Origin: a bacterium
GTDB lineage: Bacteria > Patescibacteriota > Minisyncoccia > Moranbacterales > GWC2-37-73
NCBI GenBank assembly: GCA_003251635.1
Contig: QKEW01000012.1
Span: 53,333-117,332 of the forward strand
Direction: 5' to 3'
DNA: 64,000 nt
Shown here: positions 19,993 through 30,462 of the stretch, piece by piece
Position numbering within the stretch: position 1 is the stretch's first letter
How the letters are laid out: each line of letters opens with the position of its first letter
Notes under the pieces: generated by a model
What the model was told of the DNA's origin: nothing
Databases searched by the model: none
What the model saw: only the letters and a program-made list of their open reading frames with translations
Translations under genes and position numbers: made by a program

Positions 19993-21105
19993 ATGAAAAA
20001 AGTCTTATTAGTTACTCGTCCAATCGCCCCACCCTGGGATGAAGCTTCCAAAAACTTTGCCTATTTTCTAGCCAAGAACAATCGAGATTTTGAATTTAAT
20101 CTGCTTACTCCCGGCCAAATTGATTCGCTAGAAAAACACATTCAACAAATACCCATTTACACTTCCAACAGCCTGAATCTTAATTGGAAACAGCGCCTGA
20201 AGCTTTTTAAACTTCGCAGCAAATTGAAGGATTTCGATTTGGTTCACTTCATGCTTACCCCAAGCCGCCTGAATTCTTGGGCATTTAAAACTTTTTTGAC
20301 CAATTCAAAGATTAAAACCGTCCAAACCGTGGCCACTTTGCGCCAAGATCTTTTCTCCGACGAGCAACTCAAAAAAATAATGTTTGCCGATCTAGTCATC
20401 ACCTATTCCGATTGGGCCAAAAACAAGCTGGAACAGGTCGGGGTCAAGAACGTCAGACGCATATATCCCGGTATTGATCTTGAGCTTAATCGACCGACCG
20501 AAAAAGACCCGGAAACCCTGAAATTTTTCAATCTTTCTTCTCAAGATTTTGTCATTACCTACCCAGGTGAATATGTGCGCTTGGGAGCTACTGATTTTCT
20601 AGTTAAGAGCCTTCCGCTAATTTTTCAAAAAATACCTACGGCTAAATTTGTTTTTGCCTGTCGAATTAAAAATGAAAAAGATGCTCAAAAAAAAGCAGAG
20701 GTACAAAAAAGTTTGCAACAAAAAAATATCTTGGATCGAGTGGTTTTCACTGACACTTTTGCCCAAATGCCTAAACTTTATAATCTTTCTGACATAGTTG
20801 TTTTCCCAGTGCAAAATATGCACGGTAAATTTGACGTACCATTGGCCGCCATTGAAGCCATGGCCTGCGCCAAACCGTTGGTTATTTCCAACTTGCCGAT
20901 TCTGCAAGAATTCGCAAAGCCTGATAATTCTGTTATAATAAACCCGACTGATCAAGCCGAATTTATCAAAGTTTTGCAAGAATTGAAAAATGATCCGCTC
21001 AAATGCGAATCTCTGGGGAAAGCCGCCAGAAAATATGCCCAAGAAAATTTTGATATTCTCAATGTCAGCCAAAAATATTCGGAGATTTATAACTCGCTAA
21101 TTTGA
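19993..21105 (+). CDS. glycosyltransferase family 4/GT1-like
   Basis: FDVPLAAIEAMACAKPLVISNLPILQEFA. Confidence 0.75.
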   Translation: MKKVLLVTRPIAPPWDEASKNFAYFLAKNNRDFEFNLLTPGQIDSLEKHIQQIPIYTSNSLNLNWKQRLKLFKLRSKLKDFDLVHFMLTPSRLNSWAFKTFLTNSKIKTVQTVATLRQDLFSDEQLKKIMFADLVITYSDWAKNKLEQVGVKNVRRIYPGIDLELNRPTEKDPETLKFFNLSSQDFVITYPGEYVRLGATDFLVKSLPLIFQKIPTAKFVFACRIKNEKDAQKKAEVQKSLQQKNILDRVVFTDTFAQMPKLYNLSDIVVFPVQNMHGKFDVPLAAIEAMACAKPLVISNLPILQEFAKPDNSVIINPTDQAEFIKVLQELKNDPLKCESLGKAARKYAQENFDILNVSQKYSEIYNSLI

Positions 21106-21111
21106 TTTTCC

Positions 21112-22608
21112 ATGAAATATAAAGTTAAGGATATTAACGCCCACAAAAAAGAATTTCAACTTCCTGACATGAAAGTGCCAGTAATTTTTCATACCGGCCA
21201 AGAATTATTACCCAATGATCACACTTTTGAACAACTAGAAAACTTGGCCAAAGATGATCGACTCTTTCATCACATCGCCGCCATGAGCGATGTTCATCCA
21301 AAAAAAGGTCGCAAAAATCCGACCGGAACCGCTATTGCCAGTCAAAATATTTTGATGCCTCAAATAAACGACACTGCCCCTAACTGTGGAATGCGCTTTT
21401 TGAAAACCGATTTAAATGAAGAAAATTTGAGCGAGGAACAGATAAGCGATATTTTCCGACAACTTGTTGAAGCCGTGCCAACCAAAAAATATTTCGGCAC
21501 GACAATTTCCCATCAAATGGCTTTGGATGTGGCCCGCTTTGGCAGTAAACCCCTTTTAGATCATTTCCAAATCAGGACCAAAAATGAATTGGAAAATACC
21601 TATGCCAACGGCAATCTTTTTCGCGATCAAAAAATTTCACAAAAGGATATTCTCGATTGCGTTCCTTCACTCTTTTTTCATATTGGCAAATATCGCTTGG
21701 GAATCTTGGGAGCAGCTGGCAATCATTTTTTGGATCTGATGAAAATCACCGAAATCAAAGATGAAAAACTGGCGGAAAAATTAGGTGTCAAAAAGGGTCA
21801 ATATATTTTTCTGCTTCATACCGGCTCTGGTCTTTTGGGACAATATGCTTCCTACATGTACACACCCAAAAAGAAAGAGCATCTCAGTCAGCAAATTATT
21901 CTAAAATTAGGTACTACCCTTTTTTCTAGTCAGAAAAAACGAATTTATGAAAGAGTCAGCCAGAAATTGAAAGAATACAAAAATCGCGACGAATTTTTAG
22001 GTTACGATGAAAACAACTTGGAAGGTCAAATGTTTCTGGTCGCCCATAAAACCGCAGCTAATTTTGGTTTTGCTAACCGCACTATTTTGACTGATCAAAT
22101 TGATCGCACACTGGAAAAAGTTCTGGGACGCCAAGTCGAATTGGATTTGCTCTATGACAACACCCACATTTCCATTGAAAAAGAAAATCATTTTGGCCAA
22201 GACGTTTGGATTCATCGTAACGGCGCCGTTCGTGCCAATGGTCCAAGTCGCATGAAAGATCATTCTCTTTTCAGCCAAACTGGCGAGCCGGTTTTCATCC
22301 CTTCCTCCATGAGCACCCCGGCCTATTTGGGGGTTGGCACTGATAACAACGAATCGACTTTCTTTTCCGCCGGACATGGAACTGGCCGCCGAGCCGAGGC
22401 ACAAAAAGACAGAGCTGCCGACAAAAAAGAACTTTTTGAAAAAATGGAAAAAAGCCAAGTCAAACTTTTCAATGCTAAGTCCAAAGGTGTCATCAATCAG
22501 GACAGCGCCTATTATAAAGATGTAGAAGAAGTAATTTCCGGCATGCAAGACAATCAAATCATAAAGTTAGCAGCTAAAATGCAACCAGTGGCTGTTTTGA
22601 TGTATTAA
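21112..22608 (+). CDS. rtcB: RNA-splicing ligase RtcB (3'-phosphate/5'-hydroxyl RNA ligase)
   Basis: Metal-binding GAAGNHF motif (LGAAGNHFLDLMKI), IHRNGAVRA (HRKGA-type) motif, and C-terminal SAGHGTGRR (HGAGR-type) motif. Length 498 aa. Confidence 0.85.
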   Translation: MKYKVKDINAHKKEFQLPDMKVPVIFHTGQELLPNDHTFEQLENLAKDDRLFHHIAAMSDVHPKKGRKNPTGTAIASQNILMPQINDTAPNCGMRFLKTDLNEENLSEEQISDIFRQLVEAVPTKKYFGTTISHQMALDVARFGSKPLLDHFQIRTKNELENTYANGNLFRDQKISQKDILDCVPSLFFHIGKYRLGILGAAGNHFLDLMKITEIKDEKLAEKLGVKKGQYIFLLHTGSGLLGQYASYMYTPKKKEHLSQQIILKLGTTLFSSQKKRIYERVSQKLKEYKNRDEFLGYDENNLEGQMFLVAHKTAANFGFANRTILTDQIDRTLEKVLGRQVELDLLYDNTHISIEKENHFGQDVWIHRNGAVRANGPSRMKDHSLFSQTGEPVFIPSSMSTPAYLGVGTDNNESTFFSAGHGTGRRAEAQKDRAADKKELFEKMEKSQVKLFNAKSKGVINQDSAYYKDVEEVISGMQDNQIIKLAAKMQPVAVLMY

Positions 22609-22612
22609 ACTT

Positions 22613-23287
22613 ATGAAAATTATTTCCATTTCCGGGTTGGATGGCAGTGGCAAATCCACCCAGATCGAAAAACTCAAAAAACATTTTCTCAGAAAGAACC
22701 AAAAGGTTTTTTATCTTCACGCTATCGAATTTTCTCTGGCCAATAAATTCAAGAATTTTCGACAAAAATATTGTCCGCTTTGTCGGATTTTCAAACGTTG
22801 CAAAATTTCGACCGAAAATTCCCAAAGCGTCACTCGGGCCAATTGGCTGCAAATCCAGCTGCGCAAAATCCAACTCTTGATTGATATTTTGCGGTTTCGC
22901 AGCTTTATGCGCCAAAATAAAAATCATTTTGATGTTATTCTTTCCGATCGTTATTTTTTTGATTCAATAATCAACATTCAATACCTCTCGCTCTCTGGTC
23001 ATTCTGAGCAAAGCGAAAGACCTGATCCGGATTTGATGAAAAAAAATAGCCTGGGTTTTTTACTCAAAATGGCTGCCAAAATTATTCCCCAACCAAATCA
23101 GACTTTTTTCCTGGACGCCGAACCAGCTCTAATCATGCAAAGAAAAAGAGTGCCAGATCAAGGCTTGAAATACCTCCAAGCTAAACGTGAACTTTTTGAA
23201 GAGAAAATCACCGATTGGCAAATGCAGCGAATTGATGGCAATCGAAATGAAGAAGAAGTTTTTGGAGAAATTACAGAAAGTCTTTAA
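22613..23287 (+). CDS. thymidylate kinase-family P-loop kinase (Tmk-like, divergent)
   Basis: GLDGSGKSTQ P-loop of dTMP-kinase type, LSDRYFFDSI (DRY motif), and a C-terminal ...RIDGNRNEEEV resembling the Tmk C-terminus. The typical LID arginine cluster is lacking. It starts 4 nt after the rtcB stop. Confidence 0.55.
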   Translation: MKIISISGLDGSGKSTQIEKLKKHFLRKNQKVFYLHAIEFSLANKFKNFRQKYCPLCRIFKRCKISTENSQSVTRANWLQIQLRKIQLLIDILRFRSFMRQNKNHFDVILSDRYFFDSIINIQYLSLSGHSEQSERPDPDLMKKNSLGFLLKMAAKIIPQPNQTFFLDAEPALIMQRKRVPDQGLKYLQAKRELFEEKITDWQMQRIDGNRNEEEVFGEITESL

Positions 23288-23308
23288 TCTTTTTTAGCAA
23301 TTCAAAAA

Positions 23309-23347
23309 CCGCCCGAACGACACTGCGTCCCGGGCGGTTTTTATTTT
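23309..23347. terminator. bidirectional rho-independent terminator
   Basis: CCGCCCG-N15-CGGGCGG stem followed by TTTTTATTTT on plus and a T-run on minus. It sits between the + operon ending with the Tmk-like gene and the minus-strand small ORF. Confidence 0.7.
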
Positions 23348-23351
23348 ATAT

Positions 23352-23669
23352 CTAATTTCCTTCTGTTTTAGAAAGTTCCCCCCAAAAAAGAATAGAGGAT
23401 GTCAGCGCTCCATGCAAAAGCAAGGAAGCAAACAAATATGCTTTCATTAAAGACGTGTCATGGTCCAACTCAACTAACAAAGCCTGTAAATTCACCGATA
23501 AATTAAATCCTAACAAAAAGAAACAAGACCCAATTGCTAGAATGAAAATAGCTTCCATTCCCTTGGTTTTTCTCACAGCAACACTAAGGGAACAAAAAAA
23601 GGCTAACGATATCATAATCACCGGAAAAGACCCCAAAAGAATAATCATTTTGATCCTACCTTTCATCAA
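23352..23669 (-). CDS. small polytopic membrane protein, hypothetical
   Basis: 105 aa, three predicted TM helices. Confidence 0.3.
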   Translation of the reverse strand: MMKGRIKMIILLGSFPVIMISLAFFCSLSVAVRKTKGMEAIFILAIGSCFFLLGFNLSVNLQALLVELDHDTSLMKAYLFASLLLHGALTSSILFWGELSKTEGN

Positions 23670-23808
23670 AAAGAGTTTAAAAAAAGTTTATATGAATCTA
23701 ATCTTTCCCTTATCCCTTATTTAAATAAACGATAAATTTTCAAATCAACTATTTGATGCTAAAATATAGTATATTAGCAACGTTTATTCATAGCATAAAA
23801 TCAATCAC

Positions 23809-25275
23809 ATGTCAAGCAATTTCCTTTTAAAGAGCGCTTTCTGGCTCACGGTTTCTGAAATTATCTATAACCTTTCCGGCTACATCATCCACTCCGCGGT
23901 AGGGCGAATTTTGGGCCCAGCCGACTACGGTCGCTATGGCTTGGTGGTAACTTTGACCACCATGGTCATCATCTTGATCGGCAACGGCATTCCGACCGCC
24001 ATGAGCAAATATTTGAGTGAAATTTTCCACAGCCATCCCGAAAAAGTCCAGCCCATCAAAAAACAGGCTCTGAAACTGCAGATCCTGATTATTAGCGCAA
24101 TCACCCTGCTTTTCTTTCTGGCCGCTCCCTTGATCGCCCGAATTTTGGGAGATCTGAGCCTAACCAATTTGTTTCGCCTTTCCACTTTGATTATTCCAGC
24201 TTTTGCCAGCGCCTCTTTTTATTTTTATTACTACACCGGCATCCATCATTTCAACTTGCAATCAATCCTCAAAACATTGCGCTCTCTTTTTCGAGTCATT
24301 GCCATCATCACCTTGGCCTTTTTTTTCCACGTTGAAGGTTCAGTAGCTGGCTATATTGTTGCTCCCCTAGCCGTTTTCTTGATAGCTTACCTTATTGATA
24401 AATTTAAAATTTCTTCAAAATTTCCCAAAAACAGCACTGAATCATTTGACTGGAAAAAGTTGGCCAACTACGCCTGGCCGGTCACTCTATTCATGCTTTT
24501 CTATGAACTGTTCATCTCCATCGACCTCTATCTGGTCCAAGGAATTTTGCGCAACGAGCATCTGACGGGAATCTATAACGGCGCCTTGACCGTGGCCCGT
24601 ATTCCCTATTTTCTTTTCTATGCTTTGACAATTATTTTGCTTCCAACTATTTCCAAGTCAACTTCTCAAAATAATCATCAGGAAACTTTTTCAATTATTT
24701 CCAGTTCTCTGCGCCTGATGTTGATCATGCTTTTTCCGGCCGTGCTGCTGCTATCTTTTTATTCTTCTCAGGTTTTGACTTTGTTTTATGGCGCAACTTT
24801 TTCCGAAGGGGCCGCAGCCATGTCAATTCTTTCCGTTGGAGTCGGCTTTTTAACTATTTTTTATGTTCTGAGCTTCGTTATGAACGGAGCTGGCAAGGTT
24901 AAGATTCCCATGTGGATTTCCCTGGGCGGGCTAATTTTTAACACTGCCCTAAACTACATTTTGATTCAAAAATATGCTCTGCTTGGTAGCGCCAGCGCTA
25001 CTGCCCTAGCCTCATTTTTGATTATGATTTTAATGCTAAGCTGCATTCGTCAGAATTTTGCCGTTTCAATCAAGCTAGCCTCTCTTTTCAAGATAATCGC
25101 GGCTTCCATAACCACATTAGCCGCCCTATTTTTGCTGCCAAATTCCCAGTTGTTATTCATTCTGTCCTCAATTGTGGCTCTGGGTATTTATTTTGCAATT
25201 CTCTACACTTCCAAAGAAATATCTTCTCAGGATTTGCAGCTAGTAAAAAGCTTATTGCAAAGAAAAAAGAAATAA
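23809..25275 (+). CDS. Wzx-type polysaccharide/oligosaccharide flippase (MOP superfamily)
   Basis: 488 aa and 12 to 14 TM helices. The N-terminal region LTVSEIIYNLSGYIIHSAVGRILGPADYGRYGLVVTL is typical of RfbX/Wzx flippases. Confidence 0.8.
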   Translation: MSSNFLLKSAFWLTVSEIIYNLSGYIIHSAVGRILGPADYGRYGLVVTLTTMVIILIGNGIPTAMSKYLSEIFHSHPEKVQPIKKQALKLQILIISAITLLFFLAAPLIARILGDLSLTNLFRLSTLIIPAFASASFYFYYYTGIHHFNLQSILKTLRSLFRVIAIITLAFFFHVEGSVAGYIVAPLAVFLIAYLIDKFKISSKFPKNSTESFDWKKLANYAWPVTLFMLFYELFISIDLYLVQGILRNEHLTGIYNGALTVARIPYFLFYALTIILLPTISKSTSQNNHQETFSIISSSLRLMLIMLFPAVLLLSFYSSQVLTLFYGATFSEGAAAMSILSVGVGFLTIFYVLSFVMNGAGKVKIPMWISLGGLIFNTALNYILIQKYALLGSASATALASFLIMILMLSCIRQNFAVSIKLASLFKIIAASITTLAALFLLPNSQLLFILSSIVALGIYFAILYTSKEISSQDLQLVKSLLQRKKK

Positions 25276-25294
25276 CTCTTGTTCGAAAAATAGT

Positions 25295-27073
25295 TTATTC
25301 CTCCAACAAATCATCTTGGCTTTCGTCGTCTTGTTCAAAACACTCTCCTTTGCGAAAGATTTCGTTCCAAGTATAACGCTTTTGAACATTTGAACTCTCA
25401 CCACAATCAGCTTTAGCCGGTTCAATGACTTGTTTTTGAGCTGTGATTGAATCAGGTTTGGGTTTGAGCTGGAAAACAGTCAAGGTTCCGAATTCTTTTT
25501 TACCAACCGTTTCGTAGTTTACCAAATATTTTGCCAACCGATCCTCCCAATTAGCTGCCGTACGATAAATCAGAAAATGATTACCTTCAGCATAAACAGT
25601 ATTAACAGCCAACATATCTTGGGGAATTTTTCGATCGTTTAAAATATAAATGAACGATCGAGCGTAATAGGATTCACTTTGCAGATAAATCGGGTAACCA
25701 TTTTGGCGATAAAAATCCTCTAAATAATCGACAATCACATTTTGCTGCTGATAAGTTACCCTGGCCCTTTCTTTCAAAATCCGATCCGGTTGAATTTCAA
25801 CATCTTGTGTCAAAGCACTACCCAATTGCCAGAATCGCTCCTGAATCGCCGACAAATTCAAGCCGACTAAAACTACTACCAAAACCCAAAAAATAACTCG
25901 GCGAGAATAAAATTTTTCCAAAAATTCAAAAATCAGTCCCAACCAAACAAAAGCCAGTGGAGCCGTCACCAGAAAAAATCGTGGCGCAATATCATAGGAT
26001 AGCGGCGTCATCACCCCAAAAGAAACGATCAGCCAAATCAAGCTCAAAATCAAAAAATCCTTTTTATGTCCTGCTTCTTTATTCCTAAAAAATTCAAAAA
26101 TCAACAAGATTATTCCTCCGGCATAAAAAACTCCCGCTACCAAACCCGGAATCAAATTTTTTCGACAATCATAATCACACTTAATATCCAAGGGGGCTAA
26201 AATTTTGGATCGAGTCTCAATTTTGGGAAGTTCAGCCTGCTCTCGTCCGGAAATTATCAAGAAATGACCGAGAGCATGTTCCGTGAAATTACGCGTAGCT
26301 TTTTCCAAAAGATTATGATCACTTTCATCTGATTTATTGGTTACCGCTGCCAAAAATTCCTGGATGTTCTCCCCTCCCGTTTTGACATCATTGATAATCA
26401 TGGGCGTATAAATCAAAACGATAATGCCCAGGGCTATCAACCAAGCCTGAATTTTAAACTTCGGTCTTTTGATTAGCAAGAAAATTCCCACAATTGTCGG
26501 CAAAATCAAAAAAACCAAAAAATGCAATTGGGTGCCGATAGCTACTGAAAAAGCCAAGGCATAGAGCCATCTTTGTTTGTGACCTTCCTGGTGATCAACT
26601 ATTTTGAGCAAGGAATAGGCGCTGAGTAACATGAAAAATGGAATCAGATTCGGATTCCAAGCAAAGCGCGAATACATTACCAAGAAAATTGAAGTTGAAA
26701 AGATTGCCAGCAGACCAGCCGAGATTCGGGTATTAAAATAACGTCTGGCAAATAAATAAAAAAGTGGCATGGTCAAAATCGACAAAATCAAGACTCCCGC
26801 TGCCATAGCCGGTGGCGTGGCCCCAAAAACTTTAGCTGTTAGATATTGCATATAATAGAAAGCTGGGCCCAAACGCAAGAAAGAACCGGCTGCCCGCGGA
26901 CCCTGAAGCGGCAGATAGCCAATTCCATCCTCAGCTGCCTTGAGGGCAATTTTAGCGTCACGTGCTTGATCCAATTCAAAGTGCAACCAGTCTCCAAAAT
27001 GAAAAGAGCGCAAAAAAACTCCAACTGCCATTATCAAAATCAACGTCCAAATAACTTTTTTTCGATTTTTCAT
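25295..27073 (-). CDS. GT-C fold glycosyltransferase of the ArnT/PMT (GT39/GT83-like) family
   Basis: 592 aa. The first extracytoplasmic loop carries HFELDQARDAKIALKAAEDG (acidic D-E/D-Q motif region). It has multi-TM N-terminal and soluble C-terminal domains. Confidence 0.65.
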   Translation of the reverse strand: MKNRKKVIWTLILIMAVGVFLRSFHFGDWLHFELDQARDAKIALKAAEDGIGYLPLQGPRAAGSFLRLGPAFYYMQYLTAKVFGATPPAMAAGVLILSILTMPLFYLFARRYFNTRISAGLLAIFSTSIFLVMYSRFAWNPNLIPFFMLLSAYSLLKIVDHQEGHKQRWLYALAFSVAIGTQLHFLVFLILPTIVGIFLLIKRPKFKIQAWLIALGIIVLIYTPMIINDVKTGGENIQEFLAAVTNKSDESDHNLLEKATRNFTEHALGHFLIISGREQAELPKIETRSKILAPLDIKCDYDCRKNLIPGLVAGVFYAGGIILLIFEFFRNKEAGHKKDFLILSLIWLIVSFGVMTPLSYDIAPRFFLVTAPLAFVWLGLIFEFLEKFYSRRVIFWVLVVVLVGLNLSAIQERFWQLGSALTQDVEIQPDRILKERARVTYQQQNVIVDYLEDFYRQNGYPIYLQSESYYARSFIYILNDRKIPQDMLAVNTVYAEGNHFLIYRTAANWEDRLAKYLVNYETVGKKEFGTLTVFQLKPKPDSITAQKQVIEPAKADCGESSNVQKRYTWNEIFRKGECFEQDDESQDDLLEE

Positions 27074-27173
27074 TTTATTGTTAATCCCTTTATTTTTCCA
27101 ATAAAAAGATGTACTATTAATATGATTAATTAACCTTATTTTAATACATTTTCAACCTCTAATCAAACCTTTT

Positions 27174-29525
27174 ATGTTTAAAAAAATTCTTTCCAAAACC
27201 CAGACTGTCTTGAACCAAAAGGCCATTTTTAATCTCAAAAATACCCGAACGATTTTGCTTTTCAATTCTCTGTTTTTCGTCTTAATCGCCAAATTTGTCA
27301 GCGATCCACAAATTCTGAAAATAATCCCGCTTTTTTACTTCATATACGCTTTGGAGTTTTTAATTTTGATTATTAATTTGTTTTTCAACTCGGCCACAAA
27401 ATATTCCCTGACTGAAAAATTGGGAAAATTTCTGAAAACCTTTTTGCCGGCCGAGATTATTTTGATTTTTGGATTATTATCCGCCCCGATCAATTTTAAC
27501 GTTCTTTTTCATTTGGCTGGCGGGTTATATTTGATCCTAACTGGAATTTGGCTGATTCGAATTCGTCATTTTCATTGGACAGAAAAAGAAAAATCTTCTC
27601 AAAGTCCAGCTAGCTTGGCCAAATCTTATCTTCGCTCTCAAGGCAAAGTTATCTTGACGTTGCTTTTACTTGTCATGGCGATCAACTTTCTCTTCGGCAT
27701 CGATCATCTGGCCAAATTTGCCGCCGTGGATGAACCGCTTTGGACTTTCGAAAGAGTTCCCCAATTTTTCCGCAACATCCTCGATGGCGATTGGGACAAA
27801 ACCAACATCAGCGATAAACCTGGCATAACCGTGGCCTTGATCTCCGGTTGGGGAATTTTCTGGGAAAATCCCAGGGTTTACAAAAAATATTACAAGGACG
27901 GAGAAGTGGATTCTAACCCCTATGACATAGCTGATTTGAATCTGGCCATGCGCCTCCCAATTTTTCTTTTCGCGATTTTTTCCCTGCCGATTTTTTATTT
28001 TTTTCTAGAACGCTTATTGGGCAAAACCGCGGCTATTTACAGCACCATTTTGATCGGACTTTCTCCAATTTTATTGGGAATTTCCCGGATCATTAACCCG
28101 GATTCCCTGCTGTGGATTTTTGCTCCTCTCTCTTTAATTGCTTTTCTGACCTACTACCGAAAAAGAATCCCGTTTTTTCTCTATGCCAGCGGTTTTTTTC
28201 TTGGTTTGGCCCTGCTGACCAAATACGTTGCCAATATCCTACTCATCTTTTTTCTGGGTTGGATTTTCTTGGAATATATTTTTAATTCCAAAAAATATCA
28301 AAACATTTCATTATCTCAATACTTAAAACAATCCCTAACTGATTATTTGGTTTTAATTTTTGTCGCTTTGGCCACTTTCTATTTGCCTTTCCCAGCAGCC
28401 TGGGTTGAACCGAAATTGATATTGAACGACACTATTTTTTCCCAGGCTTTTCAAAAAACTTGGCCGGTTTTCTTAGCATTTTTCTTGTTTTTGTTGATTG
28501 ATACTTTAGTTTTAAAAAGCAAGATTTTAAAAACAATTTTAGATTTTCTAAAAAAATATCAAAAAATTATTTTCGCCGGAACAATTCTATTTTTTCTCCT
28601 ATGCCTGATTTTGACTTTTATTAATGTCTATCTCGGCATGAGCTGGTTTGATTTTGTGGAGATCATCAGCTCACCCAAAACCTCCTATTCGGCCGCCGGT
28701 TATCGCGATCTTTTTTTGGCTAATTTCTTTCCATTTGTTTTCACTTTGACACCGATTACCATCTTGGCTTTGATTATTTGGTTATTTTTACAGTTTAGAA
28801 TTTTTCACAAAAAAACGATCAATCCAAAAATCTCCCTGACTTTCGCTTTGATTGTTTTTATCTTGCTTTATTATCTGGCCACCACCGTTAACCAAGTAGC
28901 CGCCACTAACCGCTATCAAATAATACTCTTTCCTTTGGCTATGATTTTGGCCGGATTAGCCTTGGGCACCGCCCATCTTTATTTGAAAAATAAGTTTACC
29001 AAAATCAATCCGAATATTTATTATTTTTCAATCATCTTGATTTCAACGATTTCCTTGTGGTCGACAAAACCGCTCTTCATGAGTTATGATTCGATTCTTT
29101 TGCCTAATCAATATTATACCAATTTGAAGGATATGGGTGATGGCAGCTACGAAGCTGCGGAATTCATCAACTCCCTGCCCAACGCCGATCAACTGCACGT
29201 CTGGACTGACAAGCGCGGGGTTTGCTCATTTTTGAAAGCTAAATGCTTTTCCGGTTTTGATTATGATATTTTCTGGCAAGAAGGTATTGATTTAGCCGTG
29301 ATCTCAGCTGGTCGGCAATCCCGAACCACCAAACTCATCCACACTTATTTGAATTCAACTAAAAAAGCCATCGTTCGATTTGATTGGCTCTATGACAAAA
29401 GCGACCAGGATGTAATTTTCGACTTACCAATCAATCAACGCCCAGCCAATTTCATAAAAGTCATCAAAATAAACGACTTGGAAGATTACCGCAATATTCC
29501 AGATCCAGCTAAGATAAAACCTTAA
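27174..29525 (+). CDS. large GT-C fold (PMT/ArnT-like) membrane glycosyltransferase, 783 aa
   Basis: FAAVDEPLWTFERVPQFF (DE motif in first loop) followed by many TM helices. It is divergent from its neighbour at 25295-27073. Confidence 0.5.
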   Translation: MFKKILSKTQTVLNQKAIFNLKNTRTILLFNSLFFVLIAKFVSDPQILKIIPLFYFIYALEFLILIINLFFNSATKYSLTEKLGKFLKTFLPAEIILIFGLLSAPINFNVLFHLAGGLYLILTGIWLIRIRHFHWTEKEKSSQSPASLAKSYLRSQGKVILTLLLLVMAINFLFGIDHLAKFAAVDEPLWTFERVPQFFRNILDGDWDKTNISDKPGITVALISGWGIFWENPRVYKKYYKDGEVDSNPYDIADLNLAMRLPIFLFAIFSLPIFYFFLERLLGKTAAIYSTILIGLSPILLGISRIINPDSLLWIFAPLSLIAFLTYYRKRIPFFLYASGFFLGLALLTKYVANILLIFFLGWIFLEYIFNSKKYQNISLSQYLKQSLTDYLVLIFVALATFYLPFPAAWVEPKLILNDTIFSQAFQKTWPVFLAFFLFLLIDTLVLKSKILKTILDFLKKYQKIIFAGTILFFLLCLILTFINVYLGMSWFDFVEIISSPKTSYSAAGYRDLFLANFFPFVFTLTPITILALIIWLFLQFRIFHKKTINPKISLTFALIVFILLYYLATTVNQVAATNRYQIILFPLAMILAGLALGTAHLYLKNKFTKINPNIYYFSIILISTISLWSTKPLFMSYDSILLPNQYYTNLKDMGDGSYEAAEFINSLPNADQLHVWTDKRGVCSFLKAKCFSGFDYDIFWQEGIDLAVISAGRQSRTTKLIHTYLNSTKKAIVRFDWLYDKSDQDVIFDLPINQRPANFIKVIKINDLEDYRNIPDPAKIKP

Positions 29526-29535
29526 ACTTTTAGAA

Positions 29536-30462
29536 TTATTTCTTTCGATTTTGTAAATAGAAAGGCAGCGCTAAGCAACTAATTAGCATTTGTAAAATCC
29601 GACTAACAAAAGCTACCAACACGGCCACGCCCAGTGGTATCCCAAAAAAACCAAAAAAAGTCGCGTAGGCCCATTCTTTTATGCCGATATTATTGATGCT
29701 GATTGGAATGGAAGAAACTATACTACAAAGAAAAATTACCGAGAGGTAATTTAGCACATCAATTTTTATTCCCAAAGCTAAAAACAAAACGTAATTAGCC
29801 AAGGCCAAGCCAACCAAGGAAAATAAAAAAGACATCAAAATTGATTTGGCTAAAATTTTAGTCTCTGAATATCTTCGCAAAATCGAGCTGAAATTTACCA
29901 CTTTTTGAGGTAAAAAATTAAAAAAACGACGCCAAATATCCAAATTAAAACTAAACTGCAAAATTACCAAAAAAACCAAACTAATCCAACCCCCCAGCAG
30001 CAGAAAAAACAAGATAGGACTGTTCTTGATAATGGCCAGATTCCAGGTAGCGAAAACTAAGAATAAAATCAGAGCGCCAATCAAGCCACTTAGCCGATCC
30101 ATCACAACTCCGGCCGCCGCTTCTTTCATTTTCCCGTTCTTCTTTCCCAACTGATAAATTTTAAAACCGTCTCCCCCAATAAATCCAGGCAGAAAATTAT
30201 TAATAAAAGTTCCCGTCCAATATAGCTTCAAAAAGTAAAAAAACTTGCCGCTAACTTCAAGGTAGGAGCTCAAAACTCGCCACTTCCAAGCCGAAATAAA
30301 CACGCCAACAGCAAATAACAATAAATAGAGGAAAATCCAAAAAAGATTGGCTTCGTGCAGATCCAGCCAAGTTTGATGCCAATCAACTCGCCAGATCAGA
30401 TAGCCGATCAAACCCAAACTGACAATTAATTTTAAGAAAAACTTAGTGATTTTTTTGCTCAT
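29536..30462 (-). CDS. flippase-like domain protein (lysylphosphatidylglycerol synthase TM region / UPF0104 family)
   Basis: 308 aa polytopic; the N-terminus KLIVSLGLIGYLIWRVDWHQTWLDLHEANLFWIFLYLLLF is typical of this family. It overlaps the upstream GT4 stop by 20 nt. Confidence 0.55.
   Translation of the reverse strand: MSKKITKFFLKLIVSLGLIGYLIWRVDWHQTWLDLHEANLFWIFLYLLLFAVGVFISAWKWRVLSSYLEVSGKFFYFLKLYWTGTFINNFLPGFIGGDGFKIYQLGKKNGKMKEAAAGVVMDRLSGLIGALILFLVFATWNLAIIKNSPILFFLLLGGWISLVFLVILQFSFNLDIWRRFFNFLPQKVVNFSSILRRYSETKILAKSILMSFLFSLVGLALANYVLFLALGIKIDVLNYLSVIFLCSIVSSIPISINNIGIKEWAYATFFGFFGIPLGVAVLVAFVSRILQMLISCLALPFYLQNRKK

Noticed and set aside
22641-22927. ORFs of 79 aa (+) and 117 aa (-) overlapping the Tmk-like gene
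   Set aside because: Alternative-frame and antisense ORFs within a gene that has clear P-loop kinase motifs.
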